Shown here piece after piece: positions 11,292 through 22,052 of a stretch of 64,000 nucleotides of DNA. The notes under the pieces are model-generated. The model saw only the letters and a list, made by a program, of their open reading frames with translations, was not told the DNA's origin and did no database searches. Each line of letters starts with the position of its first letter. The stretch's first letter is position 1. This DNA comes from an uncultured virus (IMG/VR IMGVR_UViG_3300028887_000111) (taxonomy: Duplodnaviria > Heunggongvirae > Uroviricota > Caudoviricetes): IMG/VR virus record IMGVR_UViG_3300028887_000111, positions 1 to 64,000 of that record. One strand, given 5' to 3'. The position numbers were made by a program, and so were the translations under genes.

Positions 11292-12122
11292 ATGGCTATA
11301 AATAGTATTGCTATTAAGCAGATTATCGGTGCTTGGGCATTTGACTCAGCAGAAGATGTTCAGTGGATGTGTAGCCAAGTTGAAAATCTGCAAATCACAC
11401 AGGACGGGGAAACAACTGAAAAGTTGGACTCTAACGGTTCGACCATTTTCTCTATTGACAGAAATAAGTCTTGTACTATTTCTTTCGATTCCTCTGTACT
11501 TGATCTTTCTCTCATTGCAAGTCTCAATGGTACTGAAAGAATTGATGCTACAAATGATGCACCGATAAGAGTTCCTTATATCGAGAGATTTACACTTTCT
11601 GCTGCTGATGTAACCGCAGGTTATGTAACTCTTACAAAAACACCTGTTGCTGAGACTGGTGGTGCTTACAAGATTTCGTTCCACACTCTGACCACAGATA
11701 ACTCTCTCGACGACAACTATGAACAGGTTGCTTCTGCGGCTACAAGCACAAAGTTCTACTATGATTCAACAAATCATAGAGTGTACTTCCCTACTGATGC
11801 AACTATTTTCAAGGCTGGTTGTAAGATTGAGATAATCTATGAGTATTCTGTAACTGCTGGTGTTAAGGTTGTCAATGCTGCTGATAAGTTCCCTGATGCT
11901 GCGAAGGTTAGATTCCTCGTACTCGCAGTCGATCTTTGCGATCAGACTAAAGCACGTGCACTGTGGATCACTGCCAAGAATGCGAAACCTCAGACTGGCA
12001 ACACAATCGGCTTCAATCTCTCAGACACAATAAGTGTGACCTTAAACCTCGCTTATAGTTACTGCGACTCCGATAAATCATTCTACGAAATTACTGTTGC
12101 TGACGAGGACTTTACTTGGTAA
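11292..12122 (+). CDS. Major tail (tube) protein
   Basis: 276 aa, Thr/Ala/Ser-rich beta protein, biased codon usage, gene order. Confidence 0.65.
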   Translation: MAINSIAIKQIIGAWAFDSAEDVQWMCSQVENLQITQDGETTEKLDSNGSTIFSIDRNKSCTISFDSSVLDLSLIASLNGTERIDATNDAPIRVPYIERFTLSAADVTAGYVTLTKTPVAETGGAYKISFHTLTTDNSLDDNYEQVASAATSTKFYYDSTNHRVYFPTDATIFKAGCKIEIIYEYSVTAGVKVVNAADKFPDAAKVRFLVLAVDLCDQTKARALWITAKNAKPQTGNTIGFNLSDTISVTLNLAYSYCDSDKSFYEITVADEDFTW

Positions 12123-12128
12123 TTAAAT

Positions 12129-12443
12129 ATGGGCAAAAAGGTTGAATGTTGGGTTTGTGGTAAGGAGCATGATTATTGCCCTACTTGTGGTCAAACCCAC
12201 GGTTGGAGATATGTAGCCGATACAATTGAGCATTACCAGATACATATGACTATCGAAGAATATAGAAGCGGTGTTCTTACAAAGGAACAGGCTATTGAAG
12301 TATTCGCAGATAAGTGTGGAGTCCATGTCGACGATGATTTGTCTTGGATGCTCCCTCATGTAGAAAAAGGTGTACGTGAAATTATCGGTGAAAAAGGAAG
12401 AGAAAGAACCACTAAGACCACAAGAAAAAATAAACTGTATTAA
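12129..12443 (+). CDS. Zn-binding hypothetical protein
   Basis: CxxC-x5-CxxC at the N-terminus. Confidence 0.55.
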   Translation: MGKKVECWVCGKEHDYCPTCGQTHGWRYVADTIEHYQIHMTIEEYRSGVLTKEQAIEVFADKCGVHVDDDLSWMLPHVEKGVREIIGEKGRERTTKTTRKNKLY

Positions 12444-12450
12444 TAAAGAA

Positions 12451-12488
12451 AGGGGTAAGTTAAAATAAAAAAACTTACCCCTAATTTT
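12451..12488 (+). terminator. Intrinsic terminator
   Basis: AGGGGTAAGTT...AACTTACCCCT followed by AATTTTT. Confidence 0.7.
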
Positions 12489-12498
12489 TATAAGCCCC

Positions 12499-12527
12499 TT
12501 GACAAAACATAAAATTAATGCTATAAT
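12499..12527 (+). promoter_or_regulatory. Consensus sigma-A promoter
   Basis: TTGACA-17 bp-TATAAT with extended -10 TG. Confidence 0.85.
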
Positions 12528-12592
12528 ATAATTAGAGAAGAATAAGGGTGTTTTTACGCTCTCGCAAGGCAAGAAATTAGAAAGGGGTATTT

Positions 12593-14048
12593 ATGGAAGA
12601 AAATAAAAACATATATAGTGTTTATGTGCATACAAATCTAACTAATGGTAAGAAGTATGTAGGGATAACAAGAAAAAAGCCATGTGAACGGTGGCGTAAA
12701 GGTGGCTCTGGATATTGTGAGAATAAGTCATTTTGGGAAGATATTAAGCTTTTTGGATGGGACGATGGTTTCTCTCATGATGTGGTGGCGACTGGATTGA
12801 CTTGTTATGAGGCTGGCAAAATGGAAATTGCCCTAATAAAGAAATATGATTCATTTCGTAATGGATATAATAGGACTTTAGGTGGGGAAGGAATGGATGG
12901 ATTTGTTGTTGGCAGTCCTATACGAGAAAGAATGTCTCCAGATGTTTATGCAGAATGGTCTGCTAAAAACGCAGAAAGAATGAAACGCTTGGGAATAGAG
13001 AGGACTCGGAGGGTTATTTCTCTAACGGAAAATAAAATATATGATTCTGCGGTTGATGCGTCGAATCAAACTGGTGTTCCAACTCAAAGAATTAGGGATA
13101 TGTGTAGTAAGAATAAGCGTACTCATTTTATTGATTCTCAGGGTTTCAATTATAGATTTTGTTGGTATAACGATGAATTTGATATGACGATGGATGAATT
13201 TACAATTACTTATTATCCCAACGCAGTCATATGTCTGGAGACTCAGCAGATATTTGCGGGTGTTAATGAAGCATCTCGTATTATGAATATACCCCAAAGT
13301 CAAATTAGTCAAGTATGTTCTGATAAATGGATTACTGTTCATGGGCATAAATTCGTTTACTATAAAGATTATGTTAATGGTAAACATGACACGAGAGAAA
13401 GCAAAAATGTTGAAAGATTTAAGCATGAAATAATTTGTCTCGAAACTGGACAAGTATATTATAATTCCACTAAGGCATCAGAAGATTTTGAGTGTCAAGC
13501 TAATATGATTAATCGTGCGGTTAATAACTAATTTTACTTGTAAAGGTTATCATTTTGCAGACTATAACGATTATAAATCAAATCCAGACAATTATTTACT
13601 CCCCAATGTTGTGGATAAGACCGTAATGCAATTCGATAAATTCGGTAAATTTATAGCAGAATACCCAAGCTATCAAATTGCAGCAAAAACATTAAATGTA
13701 TGTGAGCGAAATGTTCACGCTTCATGTAGTAATGGTAAGAGTAAACGTTTTGTTTGTGCTGATAGTTTATGGATGTTTAAAAGAGATTATACACCACAGG
13801 CATTATATGACAAAGTTCAAATGTTTTGGAGTACTATAAAAAACTATAAGTGCGTCGGACAATATAGTTTAGATGACGAATTATTAAACATTTATGATAC
13901 GGCTACATCTGCGGCAAAGAGTATAGGCTGTACTCAGCCACCAATTGCTCAATGTTGCAAAGGCAAAAAGAAGATTATTAAAGGATATAAATGGAAATAT
14001 GTGTCTCCAATGACATACTTAGATAATAATTCTATTGAAGTCGCTTAA
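12593..14048 (+). pseudogene. GIY-YIG homing endonuclease with NUMOD1-like repeats, frameshifted near 13525-13531
   Basis: YSVYVH...KKYVGIT and GYN motifs; one repeat is split across ORFs 12593-13531 and 13515-14048. Confidence 0.75.
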
Positions 14049-14074
14049 TGCGACTTCTTTTTATAGGAGGAAGT

Positions 14075-14617
14075 ATGAAACGAATAATGAGCGTGGATCA
14101 GTCTACGTCCGCATCGGGCATAGGCTTTTTTGTTAATGGCAAACTAAAAGATTATTGCCTGATAAAACCGAAAATGAGTAAACGAGCTGATGAGTTGCGA
14201 GTTGAAGAAGAACCGCACCTTATCAGTATTATTATGCCCGAAGCAGATTACGGTACTACCCTACTCCGTATAACGGCAATAACAGACCAACTTGAAAAGC
14301 TTATTGAGAAATTCAAGCCTGATGAGATATGGTTTGAGGAAATATTTGAAAATGCAAATCCGAAAGGGTTTAGGTCGCTTGCAAGACTGCAAGGCTTCAT
14401 AGCACACATTGCCCACAAACACAATGTTAAGTATACCATTATAGAGGAATCAAAGTGGATAACGGCGTGGGGCAAATATGGTAGAGGTGTAAAGCGACCA
14501 GAAAGAAAAGAAGATATAAGACAGAAAGTAAATGATTATTACAATCTTGATATAAAGGTAGATGACGTATCTGATGCCATAGCGATTGGGAGATACGCAG
14601 TCGAAACACAAATCTAA
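14075..14617 (+). CDS. RuvC-like Holliday junction resolvase
   Basis: VDQST..SG.G, FEE and DDVSDAIAIG acidic motifs; GGAGG RBS. Confidence 0.8.
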   Translation: MKRIMSVDQSTSASGIGFFVNGKLKDYCLIKPKMSKRADELRVEEEPHLISIIMPEADYGTTLLRITAITDQLEKLIEKFKPDEIWFEEIFENANPKGFRSLARLQGFIAHIAHKHNVKYTIIEESKWITAWGKYGRGVKRPERKEDIRQKVNDYYNLDIKVDDVSDAIAIGRYAVETQI

Positions 14618-14687
14618 CTGATGTGCTTATATCAATACAGAAATAAGTACCAAAGTTAAAATACTAATTATAAAGGAGAAATAAATT

Positions 14688-15269
14688 ATGGCTACAAAGA
14701 TATTAGATGTTATGGGCAAGAACTTTGCTCTCAGAAACACAACCAAGAATATTAACGGCGCAAAGGTAGAAATCAAGGGCTACCTTGACGTAGAAACAAT
14801 AACAAATATAGTACAGACCGTGGCGCAGACCTGTTTTCAGAATGGCGAGTTCCATGCAGAGAACCGTGAAATTGCTCGTCGTTTTGCGATACTGAAATAT
14901 CTTACCGACATAGAGGTAAAAGAGGAAGAAATCAGCGAAGTTTTTAAGTATACGCAGGGAGGAAATTGGTTTGCACAGATTGAGAATGATGTAACAAGGC
15001 TTCCTCTTTGGTCAGAGGTAGAGTCGGCTATTGATAAGCAAATTGACTTTATGTTCCTGACACACAAGACATCGTTTGACAAGCTGTGTTCTGACATATC
15101 GGCAAACATTGCGGTAGACAACACACAGAATCTTGCCGATATAAAGGAAGTGCTTGACGGGCTGAGTAAGGTAAACGAAAAGGATTTTGTGAAGGCAATA
15201 ACCGAGGATGTTATAGAAAAGACAGGTGGTGAGCCTAATGGCGAAAAGTTTGAAGGAGCAACTAAGTAA
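14688..15269 (+). CDS. Putative tail assembly chaperone
   Basis: Position upstream of the tape measure gene; AAAGGAG RBS. Confidence 0.45.
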   Translation: MATKILDVMGKNFALRNTTKNINGAKVEIKGYLDVETITNIVQTVAQTCFQNGEFHAENREIARRFAILKYLTDIEVKEEEISEVFKYTQGGNWFAQIENDVTRLPLWSEVESAIDKQIDFMFLTHKTSFDKLCSDISANIAVDNTQNLADIKEVLDGLSKVNEKDFVKAITEDVIEKTGGEPNGEKFEGATK

Positions 15270-15786
15270 AATTGCATTAAAAAAAGTTAAAATGCCTAAC
15301 GGCGAAAGTCTTGCAACAATAATGGTACACGAAGCGCGAAGGCTGTATGACTGCATTCAGTATTACATTGACAGGTATTATGATAGCTACCATCCTACAA
15401 TATATGAGCGTACTAATGGATATAGAAATGCGTTGTACGCAGAGGGATTAGCCGATATTAAAATTGTTGGCAACACGTTGCGTATCGGCGTGGGATTTCA
15501 AAACGACTTGGCAATGCACCAAAATCTTTCAGGAGTATATCGAGAAGATTTTGGCGGTGAATATTGGATTCCTATTAAAGAAAGACATGAAACGTTTGTT
15601 CCATTAATGATGGAGCGAGGATGGCACAGCCCTCGCCTTGCAAATATGATAGGACAAGAAGTTCCGCGCTTGACTTATTTTGCAGGAATTAACGCCGTAG
15701 AAAAGGGCATAAGAGATTTTAATAAAACAAATAAATTAGGTATAAAAATAGATGCCGATGACTTCTTCAACGGCAAAGCGTATTGA
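15238..15786 (+). CDS. Hypothetical tail-module protein
   Basis: YxPxxYERT motif; directly before the tape measure gene. Confidence 0.5.
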   Translation: MAKSLKEQLSKIALKKVKMPNGESLATIMVHEARRLYDCIQYYIDRYYDSYHPTIYERTNGYRNALYAEGLADIKIVGNTLRIGVGFQNDLAMHQNLSGVYREDFGGEYWIPIKERHETFVPLMMERGWHSPRLANMIGQEVPRLTYFAGINAVEKGIRDFNKTNKLGIKIDADDFFNGKAY

Positions 15787-15803
15787 CGAAAAGAGGTGGT
15801 TAG

Positions 15804-18800
15804 ATGGCAGATAATATGATAGAGTTAGTTGCTTCGTTAAATGTAGATGATAGTGCGAAGCAAATTAACGAAGTTGATATTCCTAAATTGCAGAAAAAAA
15901 TTGAGGGAATAAAAATCAAGTGCGAGTTAGACACTGAAGGTATTTCTTCTATACAATCACAATTGGCAAATATCAGCAAAAAACTCAAACTTGACATTGG
16001 TGGGTTTACTTTTGATAAGAATATTGATAATGCGGTCAGTGTTATACAAAATAGTTTATCTAATATTAAAACTGGCATAAAAATACCTGTTGATATTGAT
16101 GAAAATGCCATTGAGAATGTCGGTGATTCTCTTAGAAATCTTGGTTTGGGATCTAAGGATATTGAAAGATTAACTAAATACTTTCAAGACCTTGATGTTA
16201 CTATAACAAAGATAAAACCTAAATTTGTGGAACTTGCTGGTTCTGGTGGCGAAAAGATATTGGATTCGTTATCAATATCTGGTGTAGACAGAAAAACTGG
16301 TGGCATTATAAATATTGTCGATCAACTTGACAACATAGAAGGTAAAACCGCTAAAACCACTTATACAATAACTCAAAATTTAGCAAAGGTAGAGCAAGAA
16401 AACAAGAAAATAGAGGACTCTGCAAAAGCAGCACAAATTGCATACAATGACTTCTTGAAGTCGCGGGGGACGGCTGACGTATATCACAAGAAGTATGGAG
16501 ACAGAGAAGAACTCCAATCTCAGTTTGAAACTATTCGGCGGATTATGTCTGAGTTTGACAATACTCAACCTGTTGAAAAACAGAGAGAGACAATTATCAA
16601 GCTTGATAACGAACTGAAGAAAATAAAGGTTGACATAGACGCAATCAACAAAGCGAAGTCTGATGCTGTGTCATCTACCGTAAATGATTATTACCCAGAC
16701 ATTGCCAAAATTGTTAGTTCTGACAAGTCAAGCAAGTCGGCGCAATTAGATACAGCTAAATCAACTTTAAACGCTTTCTTCGGAGAACAAGGCATCGCCG
16801 ACAACGCTAATAGAATTAAGCGGGCTGTTGAGGACACTACTGGCGAATTACAGCGTTTCTACGTCCAAGTTGAAAAGGGAGATAAATCCGTTGAAACTCT
16901 CACTTATGCTCTTAATGAGCAAGGCGACGCTTATGTTTATCTCGGCAAGACAATTCGTGAGGCTGATAACTCTACGGCATTTCGCCGTCATGATATTGCA
17001 ACTCAGTGGGCAGAACAGACCGAGAAACTAAAGGCGTTTATAAGCAAAGCCGAAAAAGCTGGTGTGGCAAGCACACTTCTCGGAACTGAAATATCCAACT
17101 TAAAGGCAAAGCTGGCGGAAGGCGGGGACACTTCTGCTATGAACGCTTTTCTTGATGATTTTGACATTGCCAAAGCTAAATTACAAGCGTTCAATGCAGA
17201 GGCTACCAAGAATAATGCGATAGCAAATCTTAGTAATCGTATTCGTAAATTATCAGCCGATGTAAACGCATATGCCGAGTCCAATAAGCGAGCCGTAGAA
17301 TCCACTAAGAAAATGGCGGATGGTAAGACGTTTGCGGAGCAATGGTCTAATATAATGGCGCAAATGGCAAAAGGCGCACAGCTTTCAGACCGAGAGGTTA
17401 AAAATCTTGCAACCGACTTGGCGGTATTCAAAAAAGAGGCAAGTGCCGCTGGACTTGCCGGCGCAACTGCTTTTGAAAAATTTGCCAATGCGTTTAAGTT
17501 GGTTTCTACTTATATATCGGCAAATCAGATTATAAATATGGTGACTCGGCAAATTCGTTCTGCTATTTCTGAGCTTCAGAGCATGGACGACATACTGACC
17601 GAAATTTCAAAAACTTCGGATAGAACTGAGGAGAGTTTGCGAGCACTCGGCAAAGCTTCATTTGACGTAGCAAGTAGTTACGGTAGAACAGCCAGCGACT
17701 ACTTACTTGGCGTGCAAGAAATGAGCCGAGCTGGTTTTGGTGAAAAGCAATCCGAAACGCTATCTGAACTTTCTCTAAAGGCACAAGCCGCAGGTGATAT
17801 GACGGCGGAAATGGCAAATCAGTACATTATTGCTACTAACGCAGCTTACAGTTTGGGAGGTAGCGAGCAAAAGCTTAATTCAGTTTTGGACTCCCAGAAC
17901 TACATCACCAATAGAAATGCGGTAAACATGGAGAGTTTGGCAGAGGCTACCAAAATAGCGGCTTCTCAAGCTGCCGCCTCTGGTGTTGAAATAAATGAGC
18001 TTACATCCGCAGTTGGAACTATGATAGCGACTACTCAGCAAGGCGGAGAGATTGCCGGTAGAGCTTTCAAGGGCATACTAATGAATATAGCCCAAGTCAA
18101 GGCGGATGCGGCTGATATAGGCGACGGTGGCGAGTCTATAACAACTGAGTCTCTGTCTAAATATGAAGCGGCTACCAAAGCTCTGGGCGTATCTCTTAAA
18201 GAAGTTAAGAATGGTGTGTGGGCATTGCGTGATCCCATGCAAGTTCTTAAAGAGTTGTCTATCGCTGTTAAGAAAGAGTCTGAGGACTCTATCAAAGTCG
18301 CCAATCTCATATCCAGTGTTGGTGGAAAATACCGAGGCAATCAACTGATTGCGTTGCTTGAGAACTGGGAAACATACGAAAAGATGATGTCCGAGTTTGC
18401 TTCAGATAACGCAGTTGGCTCGGCTATGCGTGAAGCGGAGAAGTCCGCAAACAACTGGTCTGGTAGCATCAACAAGCTCAAAAACAGTTGGGCTGAAATG
18501 ACCAACGAGTTTGTTAATTCAGATAATGCTGTTAAAATACTTGACTCTCTCAACGAAATAATTCAGAGTTTAACAGACTCAAGTGTAACACAGACACTTG
18601 GCGTAATTGCCAAGCTGATTACAAATATAATTAGAGCTTTTGGAAATATAAGCAAATTCGCTGGAACACTCCCGACGTTGATAAGCACAATCGCCCTTAT
18701 TAAAGGCTTAAAAGGCGGAGGTATTTTTGGTAGCGGTGCAGCCGAAGGCGCAACTGGAATTGGAAGGATTACATCAGCTTTCAAAAACCTTAATTTAGAG

Positions 18801-21800
18801 GTAATTGCAATAACAGCTTCGGTAACGCTTTTAACTAACGCTTTTACTAAGTGGTGGAATAAAGAAAAGACAGCCAGAGCAAAAGCCGAAAGAGAAAGAA
18901 AAGAACAAGAAGAACTCAGACGGCAAACCCTCGAAAAGATAAAGGCTTACGAAGAAGAAGCTAACGAGCTTAATTCTCTCACAAACGAGTATGTCAAGTT
19001 GGTTACATCGACCAAGGACATAAATAGCGTTAAAACGGAATTAGTCAATCTGCAAGACCAAATTGTTTCCAAGTATCAACTGGAAAAAGATAGTATAGAC
19101 CTTGTAAACAAGAGTCTTGAGGAAAACATCTCTCTGTTGACACAGCAGAAAGTAAAAGAGAATGAGACTTGGCTTAGAGAAAACTCGGCTGATATAAAAA
19201 GAGCCAATGATTTCTTTACTCAAAACAAAAAGCAATCTCCTTACACTTTGTCTTTTGATGTTCTTAGGGATAGATATGGTGCTACTCAAAAAGAGAATGA
19301 TAGATATGAAAAGGCTTTGACAGAATCCTCTGTTGCGTATAGCAAGGTAAAGCAGTATCTTGAAACTTATTATCAAAGCATTTTGCAGAATATTGATTTT
19401 GTAGAGGAAGATAGTGCTGGGGCTGGCGGCAAAGATAAGATAAGGAGTTTCGTCATTAAGACGGGGTTGAACGCCGAAGAGCAAACCAAGACGATGAACG
19501 CTTTGACTGAAGCATATCAGTCGTGGATGTCTCTACAGAACAATCTAAATAACACATATACTTCATTTGACTTTGATGGTTTATTGGAAGATATAAACAA
19601 TCAAAACAAAGCCTTTTCTGAGTTTTATGAAATACGTAGCAAGGAACAGTCTATAAAACAACAATCTGTTGGTCTAAAGGCTTTTGAAGATGATGTGAAA
19701 ACGGCTGATGAATACAATAGACTCATAATTCAACTTAATGAGCTGAACGCGAAATACAATGATGAAGCAGCGACAGTTGCAGATAGGTTTAGCGCATCTT
19801 TGCAATTAAAGGAAACGGTTAAGTCTCTTAGAGAGATTGGTCTTAAATATCCAGAAGTTTCAGCAAATATTGAAAGCGCAATTTCACAAATAGGGTTGTC
19901 CTCCATGCAAGCTTCAAACTCTTTTGAAACTGCGAAAGAGGCGTGGTTAAAGTCACTTGACGAGGCTCAAAAAGGTGTTGTAAGTGATATTGATAAGATC
20001 GTGAGCGCAATGCAAAAGATTGCTTCTGGCGAAGCTCTTAATGCTAAGACGGCATGGGAAATAATCAATATGGACGATCAAGGGCTGTTATCAAATATTC
20101 AAGTTGACGCAAACGGCGATTACATTCTTAGCTTGGAGGAAATTGTTAATCTTAAAGATGGCATTATTCAAAAAGAAGTTGAGGAACGTAAGCAAAGCGT
20201 AGCTACGGCGCAAACTCAGGCTAACATCTTGGGAAACAGAATAGAACTCCAAAAGAAAGAACTTGAATTGGAAAAGGCAAAATATAATATCATGTTGGCA
20301 AACGGCATAAACTCGGCTGCTGACGAAAAGTATTATAGGGAACTCATTGCAAAAATTGAGGCTTTGGAGACTGCTATTGAAGGTGATAATGCAGCAATGG
20401 AGGCTTATAACTACACCATCAAAAATGAGTCTTTGTATATTGCCGAGCTTACATCTAAAACCGGCGACCTAATCAACACCCAAGCTATGCAAGAGGCAAT
20501 CCTCAAGCGGCTTAATGCTGAACTCGACGCTCTCAACAAAGAAGCTGACGGCTTGCTCAAAGCGCAGACATCTACCATTGACAACATTATCTCCAAGCGA
20601 GAGGCAGAACTTGACGTTCTTGAAAAGCAGAAAGAGGCTTTAGAGGAGCAAAAAGAAAACCTTGAAGAAATCCTCGACCACTACAAAACCGTTCAAGACG
20701 TTGTAACTTCCACTATTGACAAGCAGATAGAGGCGATAGAGGAAGAACGCAAGGCGATTGAAGAATACTACGACGAGCAAATCAAACAACTCAAGGCTCA
20801 GAATGACGAGCGTGAAACTGCGATAGAGCGTGAGCAAAAGCTTGCTAACCTCGCCAACGCCAAGAATAACAAGGTGCGTGTTTACAGCGAGGAGCGTGGT
20901 TTTGAATACGTTGTAGACCAAGATGCTTTAAAGAAAGCGCAGAATGAGCTTGACAGTTTTGAAAACAGCGAGAAAATCAAGGCTTTAGAGGCTGAAAAAG
21001 AAAAGGCAACTGAGGGCTTTGACGAGCGTATTAAGAGTTATGAGGACTATGCCAAACTGTGGAAGAAGTCTACGGACGAAATCACTGAGGCTGAGGAAGA
21101 ACAGCTTGCACAAGAAATTCTCGGCTCTGACTGGCGAGACAAAATCAAGAACAAGGACACTGAGACTGTACAGCAGTTCCAAAAGGCTTACCAGAATTAC
21201 GAGAGCAGCCTGAGTAGGCTCACCAAGATAGAGATGACTGATTTGGACAAGAGTATAAAGGCAAAGCAAAAAGAAATAAACTCTTGGAAGGATTATAAGA
21301 CCTCTATTCAGGATGCGGCAACTGCACTGAAGAACGCCAATGAGGATTATAGCAAATATCTCAATACCATACAGATTGACGAGAACTCTACGCAAGAGAC
21401 TCGCATAAACAATCTCAACACTTTTGTGGCTAACTACAAAAAAGTGGTATCTCAAATTGTAGATACACAAAAAGACATAGACGCTACAACTGCAAAGATA
21501 AACAACTTATCAAGTGCGGCGGCTGGAATGACCGGCAGTACATCTGTTGCGAGTGGCATATCAAGCGGCGCAAGTTCTCTCAGCGATTTAGCAAGCGGAA
21601 TAAGTGCAACAGCCTCCAAGATAGGCAAGCTTTTAGACCTCTTTGAGAAAAAAGGCGGTGCATTTGATTACTTAAAGGCAATTGCTCAGTTTGCTATTAC
21701 GGGCAAGTTGAGTGATGAAACCGCCAAGAATACTGGGCTTTCTTGGAAAAGTGTATTGCATGGTGCAAGAGATATGTCTATCCCAGACGTAGCTTACACA

Positions 21801-21998
21801 ACGCCTACCGCTTTGAGTTCACCGCAAGGCTATCTTGCAAATGCCGTTAATAAGAATTTGGCGGCAACTACCAACTTCAATATCTCCAATATAGAGATAA
21901 ACGGAGTGCAAAATCCAGTTGAGTTTGCACAAGCGTTTGAGACTCAAATCAATCGCTACTGGCAGACAAAACTGACAGAGAACAAGGTATATCAATAA
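15804..21998 (+). CDS. Tail tape measure protein
   Basis: 2064 aa helical/coiled-coil protein with a TP901-type core (aa ~590-900). Confidence 0.9.
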   Translation: MADNMIELVASLNVDDSAKQINEVDIPKLQKKIEGIKIKCELDTEGISSIQSQLANISKKLKLDIGGFTFDKNIDNAVSVIQNSLSNIKTGIKIPVDIDENAIENVGDSLRNLGLGSKDIERLTKYFQDLDVTITKIKPKFVELAGSGGEKILDSLSISGVDRKTGGIINIVDQLDNIEGKTAKTTYTITQNLAKVEQENKKIEDSAKAAQIAYNDFLKSRGTADVYHKKYGDREELQSQFETIRRIMSEFDNTQPVEKQRETIIKLDNELKKIKVDIDAINKAKSDAVSSTVNDYYPDIAKIVSSDKSSKSAQLDTAKSTLNAFFGEQGIADNANRIKRAVEDTTGELQRFYVQVEKGDKSVETLTYALNEQGDAYVYLGKTIREADNSTAFRRHDIATQWAEQTEKLKAFISKAEKAGVASTLLGTEISNLKAKLAEGGDTSAMNAFLDDFDIAKAKLQAFNAEATKNNAIANLSNRIRKLSADVNAYAESNKRAVESTKKMADGKTFAEQWSNIMAQMAKGAQLSDREVKNLATDLAVFKKEASAAGLAGATAFEKFANAFKLVSTYISANQIINMVTRQIRSAISELQSMDDILTEISKTSDRTEESLRALGKASFDVASSYGRTASDYLLGVQEMSRAGFGEKQSETLSELSLKAQAAGDMTAEMANQYIIATNAAYSLGGSEQKLNSVLDSQNYITNRNAVNMESLAEATKIAASQAAASGVEINELTSAVGTMIATTQQGGEIAGRAFKGILMNIAQVKADAADIGDGGESITTESLSKYEAATKALGVSLKEVKNGVWALRDPMQVLKELSIAVKKESEDSIKVANLISSVGGKYRGNQLIALLENWETYEKMMSEFASDNAVGSAMREAEKSANNWSGSINKLKNSWAEMTNEFVNSDNAVKILDSLNEIIQSLTDSSVTQTLGVIAKLITNIIRAFGNISKFAGTLPTLISTIALIKGLKGGGIFGSGAAEGATGIGRITSAFKNLNLEVIAITASVTLLTNAFTKWWNKEKTARAKAERERKEQEELRRQTLEKIKAYEEEANELNSLTNEYVKLVTSTKDINSVKTELVNLQDQIVSKYQLEKDSIDLVNKSLEENISLLTQQKVKENETWLRENSADIKRANDFFTQNKKQSPYTLSFDVLRDRYGATQKENDRYEKALTESSVAYSKVKQYLETYYQSILQNIDFVEEDSAGAGGKDKIRSFVIKTGLNAEEQTKTMNALTEAYQSWMSLQNNLNNTYTSFDFDGLLEDINNQNKAFSEFYEIRSKEQSIKQQSVGLKAFEDDVKTADEYNRLIIQLNELNAKYNDEAATVADRFSASLQLKETVKSLREIGLKYPEVSANIESAISQIGLSSMQASNSFETAKEAWLKSLDEAQKGVVSDIDKIVSAMQKIASGEALNAKTAWEIINMDDQGLLSNIQVDANGDYILSLEEIVNLKDGIIQKEVEERKQSVATAQTQANILGNRIELQKKELELEKAKYNIMLANGINSAADEKYYRELIAKIEALETAIEGDNAAMEAYNYTIKNESLYIAELTSKTGDLINTQAMQEAILKRLNAELDALNKEADGLLKAQTSTIDNIISKREAELDVLEKQKEALEEQKENLEEILDHYKTVQDVVTSTIDKQIEAIEEERKAIEEYYDEQIKQLKAQNDERETAIEREQKLANLANAKNNKVRVYSEERGFEYVVDQDALKKAQNELDSFENSEKIKALEAEKEKATEGFDERIKSYEDYAKLWKKSTDEITEAEEEQLAQEILGSDWRDKIKNKDTETVQQFQKAYQNYESSLSRLTKIEMTDLDKSIKAKQKEINSWKDYKTSIQDAATALKNANEDYSKYLNTIQIDENSTQETRINNLNTFVANYKKVVSQIVDTQKDIDATTAKINNLSSAAAGMTGSTSVASGISSGASSLSDLASGISATASKIGKLLDLFEKKGGAFDYLKAIAQFAITGKLSDETAKNTGLSWKSVLHGARDMSIPDVAYTTPTALSSPQGYLANAVNKNLAATTNFNISNIEINGVQNPVEFAQAFETQINRYWQTKLTENKVYQ

Positions 21999-22004
21999 CA
22001 TAGT

Positions 22005-22037
22005 GAGAGCCATCTTTCGGGGTGGCTCTCTAACTTT
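22005..22037 (+). terminator. Stem-loop/terminator after the tape measure gene
   Basis: GAGAGCCATC-TTCG-type loop-GGTGGCTCTC. Confidence 0.55.
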
Positions 22038-22052
22038 ATAAGGAGGGAGATA

